NCBI GenBank assembly: GCA_039822165.1
Contig: JBCBMS010000017.1
Coordinates: 59,713 to 123,712, forward strand
Origin: Chloroflexota bacterium
GTDB lineage: Bacteria; Chloroflexota; Anaerolineae; Aggregatilineales; Phototrophicaceae
Direction: 5' to 3'
Length of the DNA: 64,000 nucleotides
Position 1 is the first letter of the stretch. The number at the start of each line of letters is the position of its first letter. Below are positions 10,260 to 19,146 of this stretch, piece after piece. The notes under the pieces are model-generated. The model worked only from the letters and a program-made list of their open reading frames with translations, was not told where the DNA came from and ran no database searches. Position numbers and translations under genes: made by a program.

Positions 10260-10289
10260 GGTAGGGGCTTGATGCATCAAACCCCTACC
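10260..10289. repeat. REP-like palindrome, CTTGAT subtype
   Basis: GGTAGGGGCTTGATGCATCAAACCCCTACC. 15-bp arms with one mismatch. Between the convergent genes ilvE and 10294-11514. Confidence 0.7.
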
Positions 10290-10293
10290 ACTG

Positions 10294-11514
10294 TCAGTAG
10301 GTGCGATTCCAGTACTCGGCGGTGCGGGTGGGGGATGGCGGAAACGGGATGTAGGGCACTACAAACCCGCAAATCCAATCGAATGTCGCCTGTTCTACCT
10401 CAACATCTGCGAACCCGCCACAGTTTTCGTAATCCCCGATGTCGTCCACACGTTCCACAATCTCGTTCGTGGTGATGTCAAACCGGATGACCCCCATTTT
10501 CTCAATGGGCGGCCCTTTCGGAAAAATAGACACCGTTGCGATTTCAAGCAAACCGTTATCCATCCAGCGCATATGCTGCCACCCTCCATGACGCACAGAA
10601 GTCTCAATTCGGATACGGTGAATTTGGGGCGTGTAAGGCGCCTCCCCCTCAAAGTTCTCACTGTCCCAGACAAAAAGACCCTTATATGACAACCCACGGT
10701 AATTATTAACTACAATATATCTTTCGTCCGGTGATAGTAAGAGTTGAATGTCATCGTTGGATGTCCCCCAGTATTCGATGTTGAAATCAAGCTGGTAACT
10801 CTCGCGGGTGGCAATATTCCACACAGCAATCCCCTGTGGGCGGTTATCTCCGAGGGTTTCTCGATGTGATGTATACAGCACCATCCACCGGCCATCAAAC
10901 TGGTACTGCACCGGCCCTGCACGCTCGCCAATGCCGTAAATAGCCAGTAAATTACCGGAGGTGAGGTCATGCGCATGAACTTCGTTGATCGCCCCCATTT
11001 TGACCAGCAGTAACTGGCCGGGAATGCCGCGCCAGTCCACGCTGTAAAGGCTGCGCCCATAGACATCCACAACGTCAGATAGCAGTGTCTTTTGACCTGT
11101 GGTGATATTCCAGAGGTAGGCGCCGGAAGCGGTTTGCAGGATGAAATGCGTGTGATTCGGGTGCCAGCTCACCCGTGTAATTCGGGTAGGTTGCCCCGGC
11201 AGCGTGCCGATTGCCTCGGACTGCTGTGGGCTATATAACTCGAAAGCGCCAGATGACGGGGAATGTGTCAGAACGTAGGCGCATCCCGGCGACCACTCCA
11301 CTGTCTGTGCAAAGCCAGCGGATTCTTCCAGCACACGAACAACATCGCCCGTTTGCCAGCTTACAATTTCCAGTGCGTCGCTGTTCGGATCGTATCGGAC
11401 GAAGCGTTCATCATCGGCGGTACGGCAGGTTAGCGGAACCTGTGCGGTTGCAATTGTCAACGGTGTGAGCAAGAGCAGAGTGCAGAGCAATATTAATGCG
11501 AATGGGCGTAGCAT
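10294..11514 (-). CDS. secreted beta-propeller-like (WD40-like) repeat protein
   Basis: N-terminal signal peptide (MLRPFALILLCTLLLLTPLTIATAQ). Repeated W/Y-rich blade-like segments. No catalytic motifs recognised. Confidence 0.45.
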   Translation of the reverse strand: MLRPFALILLCTLLLLTPLTIATAQVPLTCRTADDERFVRYDPNSDALEIVSWQTGDVVRVLEESAGFAQTVEWSPGCAYVLTHSPSSGAFELYSPQQSEAIGTLPGQPTRITRVSWHPNHTHFILQTASGAYLWNITTGQKTLLSDVVDVYGRSLYSVDWRGIPGQLLLVKMGAINEVHAHDLTSGNLLAIYGIGERAGPVQYQFDGRWMVLYTSHRETLGDNRPQGIAVWNIATRESYQLDFNIEYWGTSNDDIQLLLSPDERYIVVNNYRGLSYKGLFVWDSENFEGEAPYTPQIHRIRIETSVRHGGWQHMRWMDNGLLEIATVSIFPKGPPIEKMGVIRFDITTNEIVERVDDIGDYENCGGFADVEVEQATFDWICGFVVPYIPFPPSPTRTAEYWNRTY

Positions 11515-11605
11515 GTGTAACCCCTGAATATGAGTTTATTCAGTTCATGGTATCAACCTGACGGCATCTGCTCCACTACGCCCCCTGTACGAGTACTCTA
11601 CGTGT

Positions 11606-12157
11606 CTAGTCGAATAGCACACTCACAGCGATCTTGAAGTCCGGCAGCACATCACCACCATCCAGCGTGTCATCTGCCTCCAGCGTGGTCACCTCATCCG
11701 GTGTGTGAACCTCCACGCGTTGCTTGTCCGGGAAGATGAGCCACACCAGCTTCGCGCCGTTGGTCAGGTAGTAGTTGGCCTTCTCGCGCAGTTCGGCGTA
11801 GCTGTCATCCGGGGATTTAATCTCCACGGCGAGGTCTGGCATGTGTGGCACCGCCCCCTGTTTCGTGAGTGCGTCCCCACTGACGAAGGACACATCCGGG
11901 ATGCGGTAGTTATAGGTGTCATCCGTGGATGTGTGCGCCGTTTCGACAGACACGCGCCCCAGATCACGCGGTTTCACATGGGCGCGGAGTTCCCCACTGA
12001 CGTTGGCGGCGATGTAACCATGTTCCTGTGTGGGAGCCATCTTCTCAACTACCGTCCCGTGGATAAGTTCAATACTGCGGTTATTGTTCTCTGGCTGCCG
12101 GAGCAATGTTTCGAACTCCGGCAGGGTGTACACAAATTCCTGTATGGTCATGGTCAA
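11606..12157 (-). CDS. Uma2 family (DUF820) PD-(D/E)XK-like endonuclease
   Basis: LIHGTVVEKMAP...HGYIAANVSGEL...PDLAVEIKSP...AELREKANYYLTNGAKLVWLI; canonical Uma2 signature. Confidence 0.8.
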   Translation of the reverse strand: MTMTIQEFVYTLPEFETLLRQPENNNRSIELIHGTVVEKMAPTQEHGYIAANVSGELRAHVKPRDLGRVSVETAHTSTDDTYNYRIPDVSFVSGDALTKQGAVPHMPDLAVEIKSPDDSYAELREKANYYLTNGAKLVWLIFPDKQRVEVHTPDEVTTLEADDTLDGGDVLPDFKIAVSVLFD

Positions 12158-12162
12158 TGCAC

Positions 12163-12720
12163 CTAACTATCGAAATACACGACAAGCCGAACCCCATCAT
12201 CTGTGAATAGCTCTGCTAGCAACCCCATCATACTGAATAGTCTCTCCCATTGGCTGGTGCGTGTTTCTATGCGTTTCATTCGTCGCACCTCGTACAGAAT
12301 ATCCCCAACCTGTGTTTTTCCTTCTCTGGTCACGTCAACGGGAGGAGGATTCGGCAGGAGGGATTTTCCATCGAGTATCCACTTGCCATTTTCAGGGTTG
12401 CGCCGATAGCGCGTCACACGTTGATCTGGTTCATCAGCTTCTTCCCAGTCAATTGCGAGTATTTCGCTGTGGGTAATCCATGTATGAGAATGTGACATAT
12501 CTACCCACTCGTCCAGTATCACTTGCTCGGAGACATCATCTGGCAGGCCACGCTTGCCGACAATTGGACGAAAACCAGCGAAATTGTTCAGTCCAAACAA
12601 GTTTGCGAACCCATCATACTGACGCCACATGATATCATCTATTCGAATTACGCCTCTCCATTGCCACGGATCGGTCGGGTAAAGCAAAACTTCTACCCAA
12701 CCGTGAATATCAGTGCCCAT
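12163..12720 (-). CDS. hypothetical protein
   Basis: 185-aa ORF with good coding periodicity and no recognisable domain. It sits 5 bp downstream of the Uma2 gene on the same strand. Confidence 0.4.
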   Translation of the reverse strand: MGTDIHGWVEVLLYPTDPWQWRGVIRIDDIMWRQYDGFANLFGLNNFAGFRPIVGKRGLPDDVSEQVILDEWVDMSHSHTWITHSEILAIDWEEADEPDQRVTRYRRNPENGKWILDGKSLLPNPPPVDVTREGKTQVGDILYEVRRMKRIETRTSQWERLFSMMGLLAELFTDDGVRLVVYFDS

Positions 12721-12728
12721 ACGCTCCC

Positions 12729-13925
12729 CTACGGCATCAAATTCGAGCGAATTTCCTCGATGCGGGTGCGCAGTGACCGCCGGTAGATGGGAATGCGACC
12801 TTTTTCTGCCCAGTGCATGATCTCATCGGCCACCTCAAACGCAGATTCCGGGCGGGCGGCGGCACGCGCCTTTGCCGCACGCGCTTCCAGGCCTTTCGCC
12901 CCCTGGCTCACCCAGTGCGCCACCGTTTCGCCTACCGCCTCCGGAGAGCCAGGGTACAGTCCCGCCCCACTCTTGACCACAAAGTCCACGTTACCGGTTT
13001 CCTGGCCGGGGATCACGTCGCTGATGATGATCGGCAACCCGGCGGTAATGGCTTCTGTGACACTGGCCGCACCCGCTTTTGTGACGATAATGTCTGCCGC
13101 AGACATCAACGTGGGCATCTCACGGGTAAAGGGGTAAATCCACGTGGGCTGGTTCCACAGCGCGGCCTCCAGGCGGCCCTTGAGCGTCTTATTCTTCCCG
13201 GCCAGCACCACCAGTTGAATGTCCAGGTGGTACTTGTTGATCTCACGGGCCATCTGGTACAGCGGCCCCATGCCCTCGCCACCGCCTACCATCAGCACGG
13301 TGATCTTGCCCGGAATCAGGCCCATTTTCGCACGCGCTTCGGCTTTATCCGTCAGGCGCTCTGCAAAGCGCGGGTTTACTGGCAACCCGGTGATCTTCAG
13401 GCGGTCGGCTGGCACACCGGCCCTCAGCCCCCGGTCGAGTGCGGTTTTGGTCGGCACCATCACGCGGTCGGCGCGGTCGTCGTACCACAACATGTGCGTG
13501 GAGGCATAATCCGTCACCACTGTAAGGAACGGCGGGCGCTCTCCATAGGACATCAGCGCATCCAGCGACGGCGATACCAGCAGGCCGTGCGCACTCACGA
13601 TGACATCGGCGGGGTGGTCGCGCAGCATCTGCTTGAAGTAGCGCCCGATGGTGATGTAACTGGCGCGGGTGATGGTGCGGGCGCTGGTTTTCGTATCGGT
13701 GATGTTGTGCGCAAAGCCATAGCTGCGCTTGCTGCGGGCGATCCACGCCGGGTAAATTTCCGGCGCATACTTGATGGGCGCGGGGGCGTACTCTTTAATG
13801 CCGTCAAGAATCTCTACCTCAGCGGCGTCGCCATATTTTATTGCCATTGCATCACGGATGGCGTTTGCAACGGCGCGGTGCCCACCCCCCGTGTCCGACA
13901 TCAAAATGAGAATGCGTTTTGCCAT
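12729..13925 (-). CDS. GT28-family glycosyltransferase (MGDG synthase / UgtP-like diacylglycerol glycosyltransferase)
   Basis: ILILMSDTGGGHRAVANAI N-terminus and C-terminal UDP-sugar binding region (GGGEGMGP...). This is the MurG-like fold typical of MGDG synthases. Confidence 0.75.
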   Translation of the reverse strand: MAKRILILMSDTGGGHRAVANAIRDAMAIKYGDAAEVEILDGIKEYAPAPIKYAPEIYPAWIARSKRSYGFAHNITDTKTSARTITRASYITIGRYFKQMLRDHPADVIVSAHGLLVSPSLDALMSYGERPPFLTVVTDYASTHMLWYDDRADRVMVPTKTALDRGLRAGVPADRLKITGLPVNPRFAERLTDKAEARAKMGLIPGKITVLMVGGGEGMGPLYQMAREINKYHLDIQLVVLAGKNKTLKGRLEAALWNQPTWIYPFTREMPTLMSAADIIVTKAGAASVTEAITAGLPIIISDVIPGQETGNVDFVVKSGAGLYPGSPEAVGETVAHWVSQGAKGLEARAAKARAAARPESAFEVADEIMHWAEKGRIPIYRRSLRTRIEEIRSNLMP

Positions 13926-14178
13926 AGGTTTCCGTGAGCCTCAATTATTCATGAATCACCGCAGAGTATAACGCACGGCGCGGGGTTTCGTTGCGGACGT
14001 TGCGCTTATTATACGCCATATTTCCGATGCATCTGTTACAGGTGATTAAGTAACTTCTCACAGAAAAAATGCTACCCTTTTGTGCAATATAGCAGAGGTT
14101 TCTTTGTGCAGGGTGTTTTAAAATATGTTTAAATATGTTAATATATCCATATTGTCCCGTTTACAAGGAGGTGAAAGC

Positions 14179-14562
14179 GTGTTAAATCCTGCAATGCGGT
14201 TCTTACGAGCGGAGCTGGAGCAGATTGAACTGGAGCTTCGCCGGATTGAGTACACTGTTGACGGCAATCCAGAGAACTACCCGATCTTTCGTGAGTACCA
14301 GCGCCGCTGCGAGGTGGTACGCGACCTGATGGAACAGGCGGTCACATCCGATGTGGCTATGGCTACCGCAGTAGAAAAACTGGATGCTGCACAGATGTTG
14401 CTGAACGAACTTATTGACGCCGGACGCGGCGATGTGATGGACGAGATGGCCGTCGCGCTATATGAAGATGTGGTTTACCTGGAGGGACTGGCACTGCGCT
14501 TACAGGCAGGCATCACCGCAGAGACGTTTGTCTACAGCCTCGCGGATATTGACCGACTGTAA
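14179..14562 (+). CDS. hypothetical protein
   Basis: GTG start 8 nt after AGGAGG (14167-14172). Helical, acidic 127-aa product. No known motif. Confidence 0.4.
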   Translation: MLNPAMRFLRAELEQIELELRRIEYTVDGNPENYPIFREYQRRCEVVRDLMEQAVTSDVAMATAVEKLDAAQMLLNELIDAGRGDVMDEMAVALYEDVVYLEGLALRLQAGITAETFVYSLADIDRL

Positions 14563-14571
14563 CCCGGCATA

Positions 14572-14596
14572 GAGGCGACCGTCCCCCTGTCGCCTC
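14572..14596. terminator. hairpin between convergent genes
   Basis: GAGGCGAC-cgtccccct-GTCGCCTC. An 8-bp GC stem lying between the 14562 (+) end and the 14615 (-) end. Confidence 0.5.
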
Positions 14597-14614
14597 CGAC
14601 ACGCTCCGTGCGTG

Positions 14615-15487
14615 CTACGCTTTATCTGAGTTGAAAAACGCATAAATTGCAGAGAAGTCATCTTCAGACAGGCCCTGCTGCATGGCCATGCGGTAGATTT
14701 CTTTCGTCAGGTTCGCCATTGGCATGGCCGCGCCGGTTTCATAGGCGCTGTCTGTGGCCATCTGTACATCTTTCTGAATCCACTGCAACGGGAACTCTGG
14801 AGCGTAGTCGCCGCTGGTCATTTTGTCACGCTTCCCGGTCATGTACCCCGGCACCACCACACTGCCAATCAGCACATTGAACAGCACTTCCTGCGGTATG
14901 CCGAGCGACTGCCCCAGATGCACGCCCTCCGCAAACGCGACCATCGTCGCGGCAAGCTGGTAATTGACAACGAGCTTGAGCGAAATCCCCATGCCGTGCC
15001 CGCCGACGTGGTTGGTGGCCTTGCCCATTGCATCGAACAGCGGCTGTACCTCGGCCACATCATCGGCGTTGCCACCCACAATGAAAATGAGGTCTGCGGC
15101 TTCTGCCTGGTTCTTAGACCCGGCTACAGGTGCATCCATGAACCGTACGCCGCGCTTTTCCGCCTCGGTGGCCATGCGTCTACTGAACGATGGCTTGACC
15201 GTACTGCAATCGGCCCAGAGTGCGCCGTCTTTCATCGCATCCAGAAAGCCAGTTTCAGCATTCAGTGCCGTTGCTTCTACCGCTTCCGGGTGGGCCAGCA
15301 TGGTAATCACAACGTCAGACTGTGCGGCGAGTGCAGCAGGTGTTTCTACCCACTGTGCGCCGTGGTCAATGACGGGCTGTGCGTTGACTTTTGTTCGGTT
15401 GTGAACCGTCACCGCGAAGTCGTTCTTCAGCAGATTAATGGCCATACGGCTGCCCATGATGCCTGTGCCAATGAACCCGATTTTCAT
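14615..15487 (-). CDS. NAD(P)-dependent oxidoreductase, 3-hydroxyisobutyrate/6-phosphogluconate dehydrogenase family
   Basis: MKIGFIGTGIMGSRMAINL Rossmann N-terminus and the catalytic Lys region (GSVVVPGYMTGKRDK). 290 aa. Confidence 0.8.
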   Translation of the reverse strand: MKIGFIGTGIMGSRMAINLLKNDFAVTVHNRTKVNAQPVIDHGAQWVETPAALAAQSDVVITMLAHPEAVEATALNAETGFLDAMKDGALWADCSTVKPSFSRRMATEAEKRGVRFMDAPVAGSKNQAEAADLIFIVGGNADDVAEVQPLFDAMGKATNHVGGHGMGISLKLVVNYQLAATMVAFAEGVHLGQSLGIPQEVLFNVLIGSVVVPGYMTGKRDKMTSGDYAPEFPLQWIQKDVQMATDSAYETGAAMPMANLTKEIYRMAMQQGLSEDDFSAIYAFFNSDKA

Positions 15488-15552
15488 ATAGTTTTCTCCT
15501 TATGTATGAAAGGTGTTTTTGCAGTGGTGTAAGTAGCGGACGGCATGTATAC

Positions 15553-15618
15553 CGTCCCTACAGCGATGAACGATTTAACGGATTGTAGGGACGCGATACA
15601 TCGCGTCCGTTACACGGA
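15553..15618. repeat. cluster of three consecutive palindromes (10-bp, 8-bp and 5-bp stems)
   Basis: CGTCCCTACA...TGTAGGGACG; GACGCGAT-ac-ATCGCGTC; TCCGT-tac-ACGGA. Located between the SDR 3' end and the start of the upstream dehydrogenase gene. Confidence 0.6.
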
Positions 15619-15621
15619 TTT

Positions 15622-16515
15622 TCAGTCCTCGGCGGGGAGCATGCCGCCCATGCCGAAGCCTTCCAGCAACTGGCGCTGAATCTGCGCGGTGGACGCGTTG
15701 ATCGCTTTCGGTGCATCGCCACCTGTAACGGGATCAACCACGAGGCGCAGCGGACGTTTGCCGGATTCAGCGTCCATCAGGCCCATAACCGCATCGGCAA
15801 TAGCCTGTGGGTCAGCATCTTCAGAGCCGCTGACCATGTTTGCCACACCGTCCCATACCTGGTCAGGCATAGCGGCAGAATCGCCATAGGTCCGTGTGCG
15901 TTCAGCGTCACCGGCCTTCATCATGCTCGACCAGTAGTTCGTCGCGAAGCCTCCCGGCTGCAAAATCGTGATGTCCACGCCGGTTCCGGCCAGTTCGTAG
16001 GCATAGCTTTCTGACAGACCCTCAACGGCGAACTTGGACGCGGTGTATGCACCGGAGAACGGGATCACCATACGGCCCATTGCGCTCGATACGTTGATAA
16101 TCAGGCCACTGCCACGCTTCCGCATGGAGGGCAGGACGGCACGCATCACACGCTGCACGCCGATCACGTTGACATCAAACGTGAGCTGGAACTGATCGGT
16201 GGTGTAAGCTTCGGTAAAGCCGCTGCCTCCCACACCAGCATTGTTCACGAGCACATCTATGTGGCCGACTTCCGCGAGGGCGCTGTCGACAGCAGATTTT
16301 ACAGAGGCTTCGTCGGTTACATCCATGTCATAGACATGGACGGTACCGGAATTGGCGTCGGCGTGCCGACTGAGTTCGGCGGCGGCGGCGGCGTTTTTTG
16401 TGCTTGTGCTGCGCATGGTAGCGATGACGGTGTGGCCCTTTTCCAGCAGGGCGCGGGCAATCTGGTTACCCAGGCCGCTGCTGCTGCCCGTGATGAGAAT
16501 GGTCTGGTTCGTCAT
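15622..16515 (-). CDS. SDR family oxidoreductase
   Basis: ILITGSSSGLGNQIA (TGxxxGxG), NNAG, and a YxxxK-type catalytic region. The merR gene upstream overlaps it by 4 bp (ATGA). Confidence 0.8.
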   Translation of the reverse strand: MTNQTILITGSSSGLGNQIARALLEKGHTVIATMRSTSTKNAAAAAELSRHADANSGTVHVYDMDVTDEASVKSAVDSALAEVGHIDVLVNNAGVGGSGFTEAYTTDQFQLTFDVNVIGVQRVMRAVLPSMRKRGSGLIINVSSAMGRMVIPFSGAYTASKFAVEGLSESYAYELAGTGVDITILQPGGFATNYWSSMMKAGDAERTRTYGDSAAMPDQVWDGVANMVSGSEDADPQAIADAVMGLMDAESGKRPLRLVVDPVTGGDAPKAINASTAQIQRQLLEGFGMGGMLPAED

Positions 16516-16943
16516 GTCTGGTATTCCTTCTTCGGTTCGTAGGTTTCATCTGATTGCTGCGGTTCAGGCGCGGCGAGTTCGGCAAGCTGCCGGTTGTAGC
16601 GCTCAATCTTCATGTCGAGAAAGTCGCGCGTTGCCAGCAGCGCATCAATCTGCTCCTGAACTCGTTGTTTGTGTGCCGTCAGCATGTCCACGCGCTCGGT
16701 CAGGGTGTCATCCCCGGCACGGAACAAATCCACGTAGTACTGCATGTCCGCAATGGACATGCCTGTGGCCCGCAGGCGCTTCAAAAACTCAATGCGCAGC
16801 AGGTCTTTATCGTCGTAGCGGCGGTGGCCGTTGGCAGCACGTGTGACCGGATCGAGCAATCCAATGTCTTCGTAGTAGCGCAGTGTGGGAATGCTGACCC
16901 CGGTTTTCTCGGACATTTCTCCTGTGGTGTACGTGTTTTTCAT
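16512..16943 (-). CDS. MerR family transcriptional regulator
   Basis: MKNTYTTGEMSEKTGVSIPTLRYYEDIGLL HTH and a C-terminal coiled-coil. Start chosen at the internal ATG 16943. Confidence 0.85.
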   Translation of the reverse strand: MKNTYTTGEMSEKTGVSIPTLRYYEDIGLLDPVTRAANGHRRYDDKDLLRIEFLKRLRATGMSIADMQYYVDLFRAGDDTLTERVDMLTAHKQRVQEQIDALLATRDFLDMKIERYNRQLAELAAPEPQQSDETYEPKKEYQT

Positions 16944-16990
16944 TGCAATGCAACCTGTTTTTCCTGAACGCGTTGCAGTCACTCTACAAC

Positions 16991-17020
16991 CTCAAGTGCA
17001 CTTTATGTCAAGCACTTGAG
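16991..17020. promoter_or_regulatory. perfect 9-bp inverted repeat (CTCAAGTGC-N12-GCACTTGAG), candidate MerR-type operator in the merR/marR divergent region
   Basis: Seen directly in the sequence. A TTGACA hexamer lies inside it on the minus strand. Confidence 0.45.
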
Positions 17021-17063
17021 CCGATAAATTTCGCGATGTTGTATCATAGTTGCGTCAGAATGC

Positions 17064-17092
17064 TTGACGTGCCGCGAAAACAGGCATATAAA
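17064..17092 (+). promoter_or_regulatory. sigma-70-like promoter for marR (TTGACG-17 nt-TATAAA)
   Basis: Near-consensus -35 and -10 hexamers with a 17-nt spacer. They lie about 30 nt upstream of the marR ATG at 17122. Confidence 0.5.
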
Positions 17093-17121
17093 AATAGCAG
17101 GCTACGCAATTCAGGGTAGAT

Positions 17122-17544
17122 ATGAACGATATTCCACGACTGCTGCGGCGTGCGCATTTTGCGTTCCGGCAGGCCACAGACAGAATGCTCACCGACTATG
17201 ACCTGACCTCTGCGCAGCTTGATGTATTGCAGCGCGTGGCGCAATGTGAGTGTGCCGAACATCGCACGCTGCTACAGGACATGGAGGTGGCATCCCCCAC
17301 GCTGACGAAACTCGTCAACAGTCTCGTTGATGCCGGGTATCTGGAGCGGCGGATCAGTCCAGAAGATGCGCGGGTCAAACAACTCGTACTTACCGAAACC
17401 GGGCACGCTTTACAGGCAGAGATGATCGAAAAGTATCAGGGTGCGATGGACTGTATACTTGACGGCTTTTCGCCAGCAGAGCGCCTGATGCTATCCGAAA
17501 TGCTGAAGCGAGTAATCGCTAATATCGAGCAGGTGGAATCGTAA
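17122..17544 (+). CDS. MarR family transcriptional regulator
   Basis: LTSAQLDVLQRV...TLTKLVNSLVDAGYLERR winged-helix motifs. 140 aa. Confidence 0.85.
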   Translation: MNDIPRLLRRAHFAFRQATDRMLTDYDLTSAQLDVLQRVAQCECAEHRTLLQDMEVASPTLTKLVNSLVDAGYLERRISPEDARVKQLVLTETGHALQAEMIEKYQGAMDCILDGFSPAERLMLSEMLKRVIANIEQVES

Positions 17545-17606
17545 AAAATTTACCATAATATGTAGCCAGCTAAATTTTTGCAGCAGCACAAACAGGAGAG
17601 ATCAAC

Positions 17607-18488
17607 ATGACCGACATCAAAGAGAAGACCATTCTAATTACCGGCGGCACCAGCGGAATTGGCCGTGAGACGGCTGTAGGACTCGCGAAGATGGGCGCAC
17701 ACGTTGTCGTGACCGGGCGCAACGAAGAGCGCGGCGAGGCGGGCGTCTCGGACATCAAAGCACGCAGCGGCAGCGAAAAAGTCGACCTGCTGCTCGCCGA
17801 TATGTCTTCAATGGCGGAAGTACGCCGCCTCGCCGCCAGGTTCACTGAAAAGTACGACCGGCTGGATGTGCTGATAAATAACGTGGGTCTGGTGGCCACC
17901 GAGCGGTGGGAAACCGTGGACGGCTATGAAGCGATGCTAGCGGTAAATGTCCTCGCTCCCATGCTACTGACGCACGAATTGCTGCCCATTCTCAAACAAA
18001 ACGCTCCCAGCCGTGTGATTTTCGTCACGGGTGGCCAACTCACTGATGGTTCCATCGATTTCGACGATTTGCAGGCAGAGAAATCGTTCCTGTCTCTGGA
18101 TACATACAGCCATGCCAAGCGTGTGATGATGGCGGGGGTTTATGCGTTTGCACAGCGTGTAGAGGGCACTGGCGTGAGCATTAACGCAGCGTACCCCGGC
18201 GCGGCAAACACAAACATGACTGCCGACCTGAAACCTGATTCAGTTCCACAGCCAATCCGGCTGTTATTCCCGTTATTCAAGTGGTTCATGAGTAAGCAGG
18301 ATCCAGCGAACGCCGCCGTATCGTCCATTTACCTCGCGTCATCGCCGGAAGCGGAAGGTGTGAGTGGCGCGTACTATAGCCAGAAGGCAAAGCAGATCGC
18401 ATGGCCCGCAAAGAGCGCCGATCTGTCCGACCGTGTCTGGGAGGTTACCATGCAGATGAGCGGGGTCGAGACACCTATTACTACATAG
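17607..18488 (+). CDS. SDR family oxidoreductase
   Basis: ILITGGTSGIGRETA, NNVG, and a YSHAK catalytic Tyr/Lys region. Confidence 0.8.
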   Translation: MTDIKEKTILITGGTSGIGRETAVGLAKMGAHVVVTGRNEERGEAGVSDIKARSGSEKVDLLLADMSSMAEVRRLAARFTEKYDRLDVLINNVGLVATERWETVDGYEAMLAVNVLAPMLLTHELLPILKQNAPSRVIFVTGGQLTDGSIDFDDLQAEKSFLSLDTYSHAKRVMMAGVYAFAQRVEGTGVSINAAYPGAANTNMTADLKPDSVPQPIRLLFPLFKWFMSKQDPANAAVSSIYLASSPEAEGVSGAYYSQKAKQIAWPAKSADLSDRVWEVTMQMSGVETPITT

Positions 18489-18494
18489 TATATC

Positions 18495-18526
18495 CGGGTG
18501 GGCATGGCAATGTCGCCATGCCCCCG
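18495..18526. repeat. REP-like palindrome variant (GGGCATGGC...GCCATGCCC)
   Basis: CGGGTGGGCATGGCAATGTCGCCATGCCCCCG. Between the convergent SDR and DoxX genes. Confidence 0.55.
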
Positions 18527-18539
18527 CACATTTATCAAC

Positions 18540-19043
18540 TTACTCGTCGTGTGACGGTTCGTTACTGATGTAACCGCCACGCACCACAGCCCCGACGACC
18601 ACGGCGGCACTGACGAGCGTCAGGTTTTTGATGATGTACTGGCCTTCCAGCGTGAGGCCGAACGGAAATACCGTCCACACCGCGTCCGGGTTCAATACCA
18701 GCGGCGAGGCGGTACCGGGCATATGCAGCAGCAGCAGCAGGATGGTGGGACGCAGCAGCTTCCCACCGATGATGAATCCGAGACCGATGACAATTTCCCA
18801 TATGGCGAGGAACGGGTAAAACAGATCCATTGGCACCCATGCGGGCATCGTATCGAAGATAAGACCCTCAGCGGGGCTGAGTCCCGGAAACAGCTTGAGC
18901 GCACCAAACCAGAAAAAGATCACGCCAATGCTCACGCGCAACGCCACCAGCCCATACTTTGCTGCATAGCGGGTTAGCTGGTAGTCGAGGTTTTCAAAGC
19001 GGGCGTTAAGTGGCTCGCGGGGTTGTTCGCGGTTGAGTTCCAT
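18540..19043 (-). CDS. DoxX family membrane protein
   Basis: Four TM helices with a DoxX-type LRVSIGVIFFWFGALK motif. Confidence 0.7.
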   Translation of the reverse strand: MELNREQPREPLNARFENLDYQLTRYAAKYGLVALRVSIGVIFFWFGALKLFPGLSPAEGLIFDTMPAWVPMDLFYPFLAIWEIVIGLGFIIGGKLLRPTILLLLLHMPGTASPLVLNPDAVWTVFPFGLTLEGQYIIKNLTLVSAAVVVGAVVRGGYISNEPSHDE

Positions 19044-19146
19044 ATGTTGTAGCTCCTGATATTGTGAAATCCATCACATTTAATTGTGAATATTTTAACA
19101 ATATCAGGAGGCGCAGTCAATCATATTCAGTATCGAAGTGGCCATA

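Noticed and set aside
18562-18907. Minus-strand ORFs 18562-18840 and 18692-18907 overlapping the DoxX gene
   Set aside because: They lie in alternate frames of the same strand region, with biased Arg/Cys composition typical of out-of-frame GC-rich translation. The DoxX frame has coherent TM helices.
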